This document shows positions 11,112 to 24,021 of a stretch of 64,000 nt of DNA, piece by piece (position 1 is the stretch's first letter; each line of letters opens with the position of its first letter). This DNA is from Octopus sinensis (Eukaryota): assembly GCF_006345805.1 (NCBI RefSeq), contig NC_043025.1:12400001-12464000 (forward strand), read 5' to 3'. The notes under the pieces were generated by a model. That model saw only the letters and a list, made by a program, of their open reading frames with translations. It made no database searches and was not told the origin of the DNA. Both the position numbers and the translations under genes were made by a program.

Positions 11112-12870
11112 ATTTATACATATTAGTCTTTGACTATTTTCCTCTTTTCCATTAGGCCGCTGGTAGCGATAAATTTTTACTGAATTTTTTGCTACCCTAA
11201 ATTGATTATTATTATATATATATATATATTTGGCAATTTTTAGTGTTTCAACTTACCTCTTATCTATTTGCGATAACAGTTTTCCCTAAACAGATTGACC
11301 TCTCATTAAAGGTTATCTTAATGTAATTGGGTAATCTTCACCTCATTCCCTGATTTCATTATTTGCCACTATCCTAATGTGAGCTAAATGTTATCTTTGT
11401 ACGTTTTACTGTTAATGCTTCTGGCTTATTTCTATTGATAGTTCAGTTAAATGGATTATGTAACTTTTATTGCTGCGTGCAATAATTATGACCTTATCGT
11501 TATAGAAGTGCAGAAGCAGCCGTGTGGTATGAACATTGCTTACCATCCGCATGGCTCCGGGTTCAGTCCCACTGCGTGGCAACTTGGAAAAAAAGGGTCT
11601 TCTATTATAGCCTTGGGCTAACCAAAAGCTTGTGAGTGTGTTTAGTAGACAGAAACTGAAAGGCGGCAAGCTGGCAGAAACGTTAGCACGCCGGGCGAAA
11701 TGCTTAGCGGTATTTCGTCTGCCGTTACGTTGTGAGTTCAAGTTCCGCCGAGGTCGACTTTGCCTTTCATCCTTTCGGGGTTGATAAATTAAGTACCAGT
11801 TACGCACTGGGGTCGTCGTAATCGACTTAATCCCTTTGTCTGTCCTTGTTTGTCCCCTCTGTGTTTAGCCCCTTGTGGGTAGTAAAGAAGTAAAGAAGCC
11901 CATCGTATAGACATATATGTGTGTGTGTATGTGTATATATATATATATATATTCTCTTTTACTCTTTTACTTGTTTCAGTCATTTGACTGTGGCCATGCT
12001 GGAGCACCGCCTTTAGTCGAGCAAATCGACTCCAGGACTTATTCTTTGTAAGCCTAGTACTTATTATATTGCTCTGTTTTGCCGAACTACTAAGTTACGG
12101 GGACGTAAACACACCAGCATCGGTTGTCAAGCGATGTTGGGGGAACAAACACAGACGCACAAATATAATTGTGGTGCAATCAATTGGACCACATCTGTGG
12201 ATTATTTTTTAATGCTAAACATGACATAACAATTCTTGCGGCAGAATAAGTACTAGGCCTACAAAGAATAAGTCCTGGAGTCGATTTGCTCGACTAAAGG
12301 CAGTGCTCCAGCGTGGCCACAGTCAAACGCTAATGATATCAATGTTCTTATTTTCATTTAGTGGATTTGTATTTAACAACTTATTGTTGTGTGAGGAGAT
12401 GATTTGTGAAAGAATTTTGGCGTTTGAAAACCTAATTCTGATTTGGTGTGAATCTTATGGGAAATTCTTAACTATAGCTTCATTAAAATGGCAAGGGAGG
12501 TTGGATTCGATCCGCTTACCATGTGGAATTATCTACCAAACAGTCTTGCTAGGACATACCTTGTTGTTAGGGTAATTATCTTTAAAAGTCCTAGATGTAC
12601 CTTTATAACGAAAAAATAATTTTAAAAAAGGTCTTAAAGAACGGTTATCTCCCTTGCACTGTAAAATCAAATTTTTCAACATGGCGTTGTTATTCGAACT
12701 AAAATTTGTACTGTTATGCTGTGATATCATGTTCTCTGTCAATCAGGGCATGAAATATATATATATATATATACACGTACACATACATATATACATACAT
12801 GTATATAATATATATATGTTACATACATATAATATATATTATTTCATATATTATATATATTACATATATA

Positions 12871-13235
12871 TCTTTATATATAAAAGTGAAGTTGTGTGTC
12901 TGTCTCCTACGATTTAGATTCCTAACTACTCCCACATTTTGCGGTGCAGTTTAACCAAAACCGGGTATCTTATAGTCGTGATTCATATCGAGCCCTTCTG
13001 GGTATTAGCGCACGTCTACGATGAGTCTACGATTTAAAAAAAAATTTACCATAATTTTTTTCCATTTTAATGCATTTTTTCGCTATTATATAAGGGAAGC
13101 AACTCTCTAAAAATGTTTACAATGAGTCAACGATTTTAAAAAAAATTTACCATCGTTTTTTTGCTATAACTCTCTAAAAATGCTTATATAGTTATTTCCC
13201 TTACAAACCCGAGCAACACCGGGCAATACTGCTAG
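12871..13235 (+). mobile_element. Non-autonomous Helitron
   Basis: A|TC start, subterminal hairpin cccgagcaacaccggg, CTAG|T end. Same family as 61211-61710. Confidence 0.85.
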
Positions 13236-13287
13236 TAATATATATATTTCATATATTATTACATACATATAAATATATATATTCACA

Positions 13288-13327
<40 letters not shown>

Positions 13328-13331
<4 letters not shown>

Positions 13332-14214
13332 GTCATCCCATAAATAATGCGTTATTTTATACTTTTTTTAATTTTCAAAATTTTTCAAAATTATATATAT
13401 GTAATCATCATCATCATCATCATCATCATTTAGCGTCCGTTTCCATGCTAGCATGGGTTAGGACGGTTCAACTGGGGTCTGGGGAGCCCGAGGCTGCACC
13501 AGGCCAGTCAGATCTGGCAGTGTTTCTACAGCTGGATGCCCTTCCTAACGCCAACCACTCGAGAGTGTAGTGGGTGATTATGTGCCACGACACAGGTGCC
13601 AGACGAGGCTGGCGAACGGCCACGCGAGGATGGTGTTTTATGTGCCACCGACACAGGTGCCAGACGAGGCTGGCAGACGGCCACGCTCGGATGGTTGTTT
13701 TTATGTGCCACCGACACAGGTGCCAGATGAGGCTGGCGGACGGCCACGATCGGATGGTGTTTGTTACGTCCCCAAAGCACGGAGGCCAGTCTATGCGGTA
13801 CTGGCTACGGCCACGTTCGGATGATTTCTTGTGTGCCACCGGACTGGTACCACAAAGATACAAATTCCATTTATGTTCATCTATTTTGATTGTTTTGATT
13901 TGATTGATTTGATTTGATTGATTTTCACTTGCCTCAACAGGTCTTCACAAGTGTCACAAGAAGGAAGGTATGCATAGGTGGACTGTCTACGTCGCGGGTC
14001 TTCGGATGGTGTCTTTATGTGCCCGACACAGGTGCCAGATGTGGCTGGCGATACGGCCACGATCGGATGGTTTATATATAATATATAAAATAATATATAT
14101 TATATGTATGTAACATATATATATTATATACATGTATGTGTACGTGTATATATATATATATATGTGTATGTAACATATATATATTATATACATGTATGTA
14201 TATATGTATGTGTA

Positions 14215-14260
<46 letters not shown>

Positions 14261-15898
14261 CATGCCCTGATTAACAGAGAACATGATATCACGGCATAAC
14301 AGTACAAAGTTCTTTTTTAATCTAACATATACTCTCCTTCATTTTCTGCAATGCTCTTCCATCTATCTGGTAGACATGCAAGGCCCCTCTTCCAACATTT
14401 ACTTGTCCATGACAGAAAAATACTCCTCTAGTATTGTTCTGACCTCGTCTACAGAATTCATATGTTTTCTGTCCAAATGATTTTGAAGACTGCTGAATAA
14501 CTGATAGTCAGATGGGGCAATGTCCAGCGAATATGGTGGGTGGGACATCGGTTCCCACTGAAACTGCTCCAGCCTTTGGAATGGCATCCTCGCTGTATGT
14601 GGTCAAGCATTATCCTGATGGAGGAACACCTTTTGTCTTGGAAACAAAGATGGTCGTTTTCTTCTAGTTCTGACTTAATCCACTTAATCTGTTCACAGTA
14701 TATCTCCTTTGTTATCATTTGGTTTGGGTTTAAAAGTTCAAAGTGGATTAAACCTTTCATATCCCACCATTCAGATAACAACACCTAACGTGGGTGAAGA
14801 CCTTCTTTAGCCTGGGATGCTGGTGTTTCTCCTTGCCATATACACTGTCTTTGGCACTTGACATTTTTATAGAGAATCCACTTCTTGTCACCAGTCAGTA
14901 TTCGGGCCAAAAAAGGTTCATTCATGAGACATGACAGCAAAGAAGAGCATGCAATTAGACTGGGAAAATTTGTGAGGAACACATTGACCCAATTTGCTGA
15001 CTTTTCCAATAGCACATAGGTTGATGAATGGTTGAATGACTAAATCCAAGCTTCTCTGCTAGTTCCTCAACAGTTATGATGGGATTTTGTTCCACTAGGA
15101 TTTGCAGGATGTCCTTGTCGAGCTTCACAGATCCTCCAGGACAAGGCATGTCTTCTAGGCTGTAGATTCTGGCTCAGGATTTCAGGAACCACCGTTGACA
15201 CTGGCTTACACTTATTGTCCAATTCCCATATACTGCATTAATATTCCTCACACTATCCATCGTGTTGTTGCCTCTATAATGAACTCATCATCATCATCGT
15301 TTAACGTCTGTTTTCCGCACTAGCACGGGTTGGACGGTTCAACCGGGGTCTGGGAAGCCAGGAGGCTGCACCAGGCTCCAGTCTAATCTGGCAGTGTTTC
15401 TACGGCTAGATGCCCTTCCTAACGCCAACCACTCCGTGAGTGTAGTGGGTGCTTTTTACATGCCACCGGCACAGGTGCCAGGGGAGTCTGGCAGCGGCCA
15501 CGATCGGTTGGTGCTTTTAACATGCCACCGGCACAGAAGCCAGTCAAGTCGGCACTGGCATTGGCCACGTTCGGATGGTGCTTTTTATGTGCCACCGGCA
15601 CAGAAGCCAGTCAAGGCTGCGCTGGCATCGGCCACGTTCGGATGGTGCTTTTTATGTGCCACCAGCACAGGTTACAAAATATGCTGAAATATGCTCCTTT
15701 GTCACTTCTATTATGGCTTTGAAAAAATAACTGTTAAAATCGAACTGCACTCTTCAAAACTTGCACCAAGAATAAGGGCAAGGTAAAATTACTACCTGCT
15801 TTTATAGCAAGTTGATGCAGGTAGTTTAACCCATCGCCCTCTTACTTTCAGTTCATGGAATTGAAAAAAAAATGCATTTTTTTTATGGGATGACCCTA
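13328..15898 (-). mobile_element. Degraded mariner (DD34D type) with both TIRs and nested insertions
   Basis: TIRs t(t/a)gggtcatcccataa flanked by TA. Frameshifted transposase ~14315-15250 (LTGDKKWILYKN, WWDMKG, HPPYSLDIAPSDYQLF). SINEs inserted at ~13405 and ~15287. Confidence 0.88.
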
Positions 15899-17039
15899 TA
15901 TATAAGCACTCCTTCTCTATGTTTATATAGGTATGTATGTACAGACACACACACACACACATATATGGAGGGTGGTAGTATTTAAAAACAAAAAAAAAAT
16001 TAGGGTTTGTCAAATTGTATATTTTTATATTTCTGGGATCCGGATGGCAGCAATAGCAGGGGCAATGGTCAGTGAGGGGTTAGAGTAACAACAGAACCTT
16101 GGTGAAAAGATAAAAGGGTTTTTTTATTTCAAGAGTTCGTAGTCATGAGTGAAAGTGAAGAGACAGAGAGAGAGAGGGGAGATGAGAAGAGGATGGGATT
16201 TTGGAGAAGAGAAGAGGATCAGGGTGGACAGATGGGTAGAAGAAAATCATTGCCAATATATGAGCAAAATTATGTATCTGTATATGCATATTTATGTATA
16301 TCTGTATTTATATGCATGTGTGTGTATATATATATATGTGTATGTGTGTCTATATATACATGTGTGTGTATGTAGATATATATATGTGTGTATATGTATG
16401 TCTATATATATATGTGTATATATATATATATATATGTGTGTGTATGTATATATATATATATATACTCATTTGACTGTGGCCATGCTGGAGCACCACCTTT
16501 AATCAAGCAAATCAACTAGTACTTATTCTATCGGTCTCTTTTGCCGAACCGTTAAGTTACGGGGGACTTAAACACAGACTCACAAACATTTACACACACA
16601 CACACATATATATACATACATATATATATATATACGATGGGCTTCTTTCAGTTTCCGTCTACCAAATCCACTCACAAAGCTCTGGTCGGCCTGAGGCTAT
16701 AGCAGAAGACACAAGGTGCCACACAGTAGGACTGAACCTGGAACCATGTGGTTCTTAAGCAAACTACTTACCACACAGCCACTCCTACACCTATATATAT
16801 ATATATATATATATATAGGTAAACAGTAAAAATAATTACAGACATGGACAAGAACATGAAACACCACAGAGACGACACAAGAACCACAGGACGGGACATT
16901 CGAAGCCCTCAGTCATCAGTCAAGAACCAGATCATCTTAGCAATTTCGGCTGATCTATATATAATACATACATACATGATTCAGTATATAATTGTGGGTA
17001 TAGATTCTAGGTGTATATACAAGTATTGGTATATGTATA

Positions 17040-17083
<44 letters not shown>

Positions 17084-18400
17084 CATATACACACACACAC
17101 CAAGCTAGATGGGAGTAGTTTGCTTTGTTATAATCTGTCAGACACCTGTGGTGTGTCAGTATCCAGCTGAGAAAGCTGTTTTTCCAGGGTTAGAACAGCT
17201 AGCTTAAGTTGGCAATTAAACTTTACTGCTTAGCATCCTTACTATTCATATTTCATTTAGAGATTTTAAAACGCTATTTTATTTCTTAAACACACACACA
17301 CACATAGGTTGTCGTTGACTTACAACCAAAATTGGTTCCGACTGACTGGTCGTAAGTTGGCCTATAGTCCTACATAGCTTTGTGTTATATTTCTACATTC
17401 TTAACTCTCTCTCTCTCTTTTACTTGTTTCAGTCATTTGACTGTGGCCATGCTGGAGCACCGCCTTTAATATATATATATATATATCATCATTATCATCA
17501 TCATCATTTAACCTCCGCTTTCCATGCTAGCATGGGTTGGATGGTTCAACTGGGGTCTGGGAAGCCAGAAGGCTGTACCAGGCCCCAATCTGATCTGGCA
17601 GTGTTTCTACAGCTGGATGCCCTTCCTAATGCCAACCACTCCATGAGTGTAGAGGGTGCTTTTTACGTGCCATATATATATATAGGCGTGACTATATGGT
17701 AAAAAGCTTGCTTCACATAGCATCTTAGGTAGTGTCTGCTACTATAGCCTCAGACCAACCAAAGCCTTCTGAGTGGATTTGGTAGATGGAAACTGAAAGA
17801 AGCCTGTCATATATATATATATATATTTATATATATGTGTGTGTGTGTGTGTGTCTTTGTATCTGTGCTTCTCTCCCCCTCACTGCTTGACAACTGGTGA
17901 TGGTGTTCACGGCGCTGTAACTTAGCAGTTCAGTGAAAGAGATTGATAGAATAAGTACTAGGCTTTAAAAGGATAAGCACCAGGGTCAATTCAATTCGCT
18001 TAAAACCCACGAAGGCAGTGCTCCAGCATGGCCACAGTCAAATGACTGAAACAAATAAAAGACTATATACATACATATATATATATATGTGTGTGTGTGT
18101 ATCTCTCTTTACTCTTTTAATTGTTTCAGTCATTTGACTGCGGCCATGCTGGAGCACCGACTTTAGTCGAGCAACTATATAATATATATATATATAATAT
18201 AGGATGTTTTCAATTGGACATATATATATGTCTGTGTGGGTTTGTATGTATATATTTGTGTATGTACGTATGTATATATATTAAAATATATATATATATG
18301 AATGAATATATGCTTATGTATGTGTATACGTATGAGTCTCTCTCTGTCTTTATATATATGTGTATATATATATATTTGTGTGTGTGTATTTGTATATGAA

Positions 18401-18458
<58 letters not shown>

Positions 18459-18639
18459 GGTTTGTATTGTATATGTTTGTGTATGTATGTATATATATAT
18501 TTATATATACAAAAATATATTTCACAACATTGTTATCATTGTTAATTGATTTCGTTGTTATCATTACTGCGGCCCTCCCCACCACCTCCATCAATCCATT
18601 ACCACCATTATCATCATCATCATCATTGTTAACACGCCA

Positions 18640-18724
18640 TTATCTACAGATGTTTTCACACAACATTTTCTGTTCTTCCCGGCTGAATCCAATATGCTCC
18701 ATGTATTCAGTTACCGATCCATAC
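18640..18724 (-). CDS. Y_phosphatase3 phosphatase, terminal exon (K-YGSVTEYMEHIGFSREEQKMLCENICR*)
   Basis: Acceptor taccttttcag|G completes the phase-2 Lys codon. KYGSV..Y...IG is the typical C-terminal motif of the family. TAA stop at 18640-18642. Confidence 0.87.
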
Positions 18725-19772
18725 CTGAAAAGGTAAAAAAAAGAAAGAAAGAAATGAACAAATGGTGCTCCAGCATGGCCACAGACATATAACAGAATAA
18801 AGTAAGCATAGGTGTGGTTGTGTGGTAAGAAGCTTGCTTAAGGAGGCGAGCTGGCAGAACTGTTAGCACCCCGGCGAAATGCTTAGCAGTTTTTTGTCTG
18901 TCTTTACGTTCTGAGTTCAAGTTCCGCCGAGGTCGACTTTGCTTTTCATCCTTTCGGGGTCAATAAATTAAGTACCAGTTACGCACTGGGTCGATGTAAT
19001 CGGCTTAATCTGTTTGTCTGTCCTTGTTTGTCCTTTCTGTGTTTAGCCCCTTGTGGGTAGCAAAGAAATAGGTATTACGTCTGCCGCTACGTTCTGAGTT
19101 CAAATTCCGCCGAGGTCGACTTTGCCTTTCATCCTTTCGGGGTCGATTAAATAAGTACCAGTTACGCACTGGGGTCGATGTAATCGACTTAATCCGTTTG
19201 TTTGTCCTTGTTTGTCCCCTCTGTGTTTAGCCCCTTCTGGGTAATAAAGAAATAGGTATTTCGTCTGCCGCTACGTTCTGAGTTCAAATTCTGCCGAGGT
19301 CGACTTTGCCTTTCATCCTTTCGGGGTCAATTAAATAAGTACCAGTTACGCACTGCGGTTGATATAATTGACATAATCCGTTTGTCTGTCCTTGTTTGTC
19401 CCCTCTATGTTTAGCCCCTTGTGGGTGGTAAAGAAATAGGTATTACGTCTGTCTTTACGTTCTGAGTTCAGATTCTGCCAAGGTCGACTTTGCCTTTCAT
19501 CCTTTCGGGGTTGATAAATTAAGTACCAGTTACGCACTGGTGTCAATGTAATCAACTTAATCCATTTGTCTGTCCATGTTTGTCCCCTCTGTGTGTAGAC
19601 CCCTGTGGGCAATAAAGAAATAAGAATACCCTGTCAAGGAATTGAACTCAGGACCTTGCGATTATGAACCAAATTCCCCAACCACTAACCCATGCACCTT
19701 CACGCAATGCATGCATAATTAGGAACACTGCACCACGACACACAAAACACACACATCTCCACTGCTACTTAC

Positions 19773-19897
19773 TTCTCTTCAATATGAGTCAAGAGATCCA
19801 TCATGGTCTGCTCCTCTGCCGTGATGAACGTCTCGTTGAGTTGATATTTTCTGGTCATCTCATCTCTGAGTACATCTTTCACATGTTCCAACAACGC
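19773..19897 (-). CDS. Y_phosphatase3 phosphatase, penultimate exon (ALLEHVKD...LTHIEE)
   Basis: Acceptor taatctttcag|GCG (phase 0, matching the upstream donor) and donor GAA|gtaagt (phase 2). Not in the ORF track in this frame. Confidence 0.85.
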
Positions 19898-21509
19898 CTG
19901 AAAGATTAATCAAATCGTTAATTACAAAATCTGGTTTAGAAATAACGACATCAAGTTTTAAGCAAGTCTGGTATTGTGTACACGTCCAGGAATGAAACAC
20001 TTGACGTCTGTCACCGATCAAACTGACCGAAACAGTGTGGATGGAAATATTGTCAAATATATGATAATAAAGATGATTAATTCTAATCCGGTCTGACACT
20101 GTGTACACATCCAAGAATAAGACTGACTGAAACGTAGTGTTTGATAGAAAGTGTTTGGAAGGGCATCCAGCTGTAAAAAGCACTAAGTCCACTCTGCTGA
20201 GTGGTTGGTGTTAGGAAGGGCATCCAGCTGTAGAAATCCTTCTAAAACAGTTGCTGGCTTCTGCTTGGGCAGCTCCTGTTGAACCGTCCCACCCATGCCA
20301 GCATGGAAGGCAGATGTTAAGCTGATGATACAACAGTAAAGATGATTAGCGCTAATGTCAAAGAACTAGTAAGACAAATACAATGAGTAAGAAACCCTCC
20401 ATATGTATATATATTCTTCTATTTGTGTCATTCATTTCACTGCAGCCATGCTGGAGCACTACCTTTAGTCAAATAAATTGACCCCAGGACTTACTCAATC
20501 AGTCTCTTTTGCCGAACTGCTAAATTACAGGGATGTAGATACACAAACATCGGTTGTCAAGGAATGGTGGGGAGACAAACACACACACACCACATATATA
20601 TATATATAATATATATATATGTGTGTGTTGTGTGTGGTGTGTGGTATGTATGTATGTATATATATATATATATATATATATACATACATATATACGACAG
20701 GCTTCTTTCAGTTTCCATCTACCACACAGCCACTCCTGCGCCTATATATATATATACGACAGGCTTCTTTCAGTTTCCGTCTACCAAATCCACTCACAAG
20801 GCATTGGTCGGCCCGAGGCTATAGTAGAAGACACTTGCCCAAGATGCCACGCAGTGGGATTGAACCCGGAACCATGTGGTTGGTTAGCAAGCTACTTACC
20901 ACACAGCCACTCCTGCGCCTATACCTCTCTTAAATATATCTTTTATCTTTTGCTTGTTTCAGTCACTAAACTGCTGCCATGCTGGGGCACCACTTTGAGG
21001 AATTTCAATTTAATCTAATCAAGCCCAGAATTTATTCTCCTTTTAAGCCCACCCAGTACTTATTCTATCAGTCTCTTTTGCCAAACAGCTAAGTTACGAA
21101 AATATAAACAAGTGATGGTGGGGGGGGACAAACAGACAGAAACACACACACACACAACAGGCTTCTTTCAGTTTCTGTTTACTACCAAATCCACTAAAAA
21201 ATTTGGTTGGCCCAAGACTGTAGCAAAAAACACATTCCCAGTGTGCCACTGAGTGGGATTGAACCTGGGAAAAATGACTTTGGAAAGCAAACTTCTTACC
21301 ACACAGCCACACCTGCGCCTCTATAAATCTTCAAATTCATTTTGATATTCATACAAAAATCCTACTTGTTTCACAAATACACAAACACAATGGCCCATCA
21401 TGTCATGTTCTGATTCTTATAAGTCAATTTGCCTTTCATATATTGATATGGTGATATAATTATATGCAAATGAGCAGGTGACTGTTTATAATTATGAGAT
21501 ATTATGAAA

Positions 21510-22088
21510 CCTTAGTCATAATTTATGCTCCTAACACTAGCTGAATGATAACTAAGTTATTTTACTAAATTCTTTGTTAAAATATACAATAGAGAAACAA
21601 TTCTTAACCCTTTTGATACCAACCTGGCTCAAACCACCTCTGGCTCTGTAGTACAAATGTCTTGTTTTCAAAAGTTTTAAATTAAAATCTTCCACCAAAC
21701 CTTAGTCACAATTTATGTTCCTAACACTAGCTGAATGATAACTAAGTTATTTTACTAAATTCTTTGTTATATTTAAAATTAATCGAAAGAAACACAGAGC
21801 ATCTCAACAGAAATATGGTAACAAAAGGGTTAAAATATATAATAGAGAAACAATTCTTAAACCTTTTGATACCAACCTGGCTGAAACCACCTCTGGCTCT
21901 GTAGTAAAAATGTCTTGTTTTCATAAGTTTTGAATTAAAATCTTCCACCAAACCTTAGTCACAATTTATGTTCCTAACACTAGCTTAATGATAACAAAGT
22001 TATTTTACTAAATTCTTTGTTATATTTAAAGTAATTGAAAAAAAAAACACAGAGTATCTCAGCAGAAATATGGTAACGAAAGGGTTAA
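21510..22088. mobile_element. Tandem piggyBac-like MITEs (~225 bp)
   Basis: TTAA-CCCTTTTG(A/T)TACCA TIRs. Full copies at 21604-21833 and 21857-22088, plus a partial copy upstream. Confidence 0.85.
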
Positions 22089-24021
22089 AGTCCTCTAAAG
22101 ACTTTCCATCAACATCTCATGTTAAAATAAGTTCCAAACATCAGAATGATAACAAGTTATTTCCAAAAATCAACTGAAATAAAGTCAGACTATTTGAAGA
22201 GAGAAATATGATTAAACAAGAAGGGTCAACATTGCCATAATAACAACTGCTTCTTAGTTGAAGTTTTGTATTTCAGTCACTGTACAAATACAGAGTAGAT
22301 ATATTTTGTTATTGAAACCAGTACAAATTCCACAAATGCTGAAGACATGGCAAAGAGAATACACAAATCAGTGACTACAAAACCACTAGTGATGGTGACT
22401 AATTGACAAGATTTGTAGCATATAGCATAAGATTTTTGCCTGACTGCATGCTTTTTTCTTTTCCCTTTTTTGCTCTCTCTTGCTTCTGTGTTATTTCAAG
22501 AGGCCATCACACTTCATAAATATAAAGCCCATCCCTGATCACAAACAATGACGGATTTTCCTTTGTCCCCATGACACAAATTACACAAACGCACACACAC
22601 ACACACACACACACACATACAAATGCACACACACATGCATACATGTACAATCAAAATTCCAAGAAAAAGAGATTTAACATGGATTAGGGGCAGGAGTGGC
22701 TGTGTGGTAAGTAGCTTGCTTACCAACCACATGATTCCAGGTTCAGTCCCACTGCGTGGCACCTTGGGCAAGTGTCTTCTGCTATAGCCCCGGGCCAACC
22801 AAAGCCTTGTGAGTGGATTTGGTAGACGGAAACTGAAAGAAGCCCATCGTATATATATATATGTAGGAGTGGCTGTGTGGTAAGTAGCTTGCTTACCAAC
22901 CACATGGTTCCGGGTTCAGTGCATAGCGTGGCACCTCGGGCAAGTGTCTTCTACTATAGCCTTGGGCCGACCAAAGCCTTGTCAGTGGATTTGGTAGACG
23001 GAAACTGAAAGAAGTCCGTCGTATATATATATATATATTATATATGTAGGAGTGGCTGTGTGGTAAGTAGCTTGCTTACCAACCACAGGGTTCCGGGTTC
23101 AGTCCCACTGCGTGGCACCTTGGGCAAGTGTCTTCTGCTATAGCCTTGGGTCGACGAAAGCCTTGTGAGTGGATTTGGTAGATGGAAACTGAAAGAAGCC
23201 TGTCGTATATATATATGTAGGAGTGGCTGTGTGGTAAGTAGCTTGCTTACCAACTACATGGTTCCAGGTTCAGTCCCACTGCCTTCCACCTTGGGCAAGT
23301 GTCTTCTGCTATAGCCTCAGGCCGACCAAAACCTTCTGAGTGGATTTGGTAGACGGAAACTGAAAGAAGCCCATCGTATATATATATATATATGCCAGTG
23401 GCATGTGTAAAAAGATTCGAGCGAAGTCATTGCCAGTACCGCCTGACTGGCCCCTCCGTGCTGGTGGCACTTTATAAGCACCCACTACACTCTCGGAGTG
23501 GTTGGCGTTAGGAAGGGCATCCAGCTGTAGAAACTCTGCCAGATCAAGATTGAAGCCTGGTTGCAGCCATCTGGTTCGCCAGCCCTCAGTCAAAATCGTC
23601 CAACCCATGCTAGCATGGAAAGCGGACGTTAAACGATGATGATGACGATGATGATGATGAAACCAATGGAAATTTGGATAAGCAGCCGGGTCACCATACA
23701 ACTCATGATTCTAACACTTTTATATGACATATCCCTGTACACCCCACCAACACCACCACCACCATTACACACTCTCTCTCTCTCTCTCTCTCGATGTCTC
23801 TTAAGGGTCTTCCACAGTACAAAACACTTGAAAGAAATTTTTACTGTAGTAGACATAACAACTTCGGTGAAGTGGTTAGTAGCCATGGTGATGGTGGCAG
23901 CTGTGTTGGTGAAGCCGGTGGTGGTGGTGGTGGTAGTAGTAGTAGTAGTATAGTAGTAGTAGTAGTAGTAATAGTAGTAGTAGTAGTGGTGGTGTTGGTG
24001 GTGATAAGTGTAGTAGGGGTT

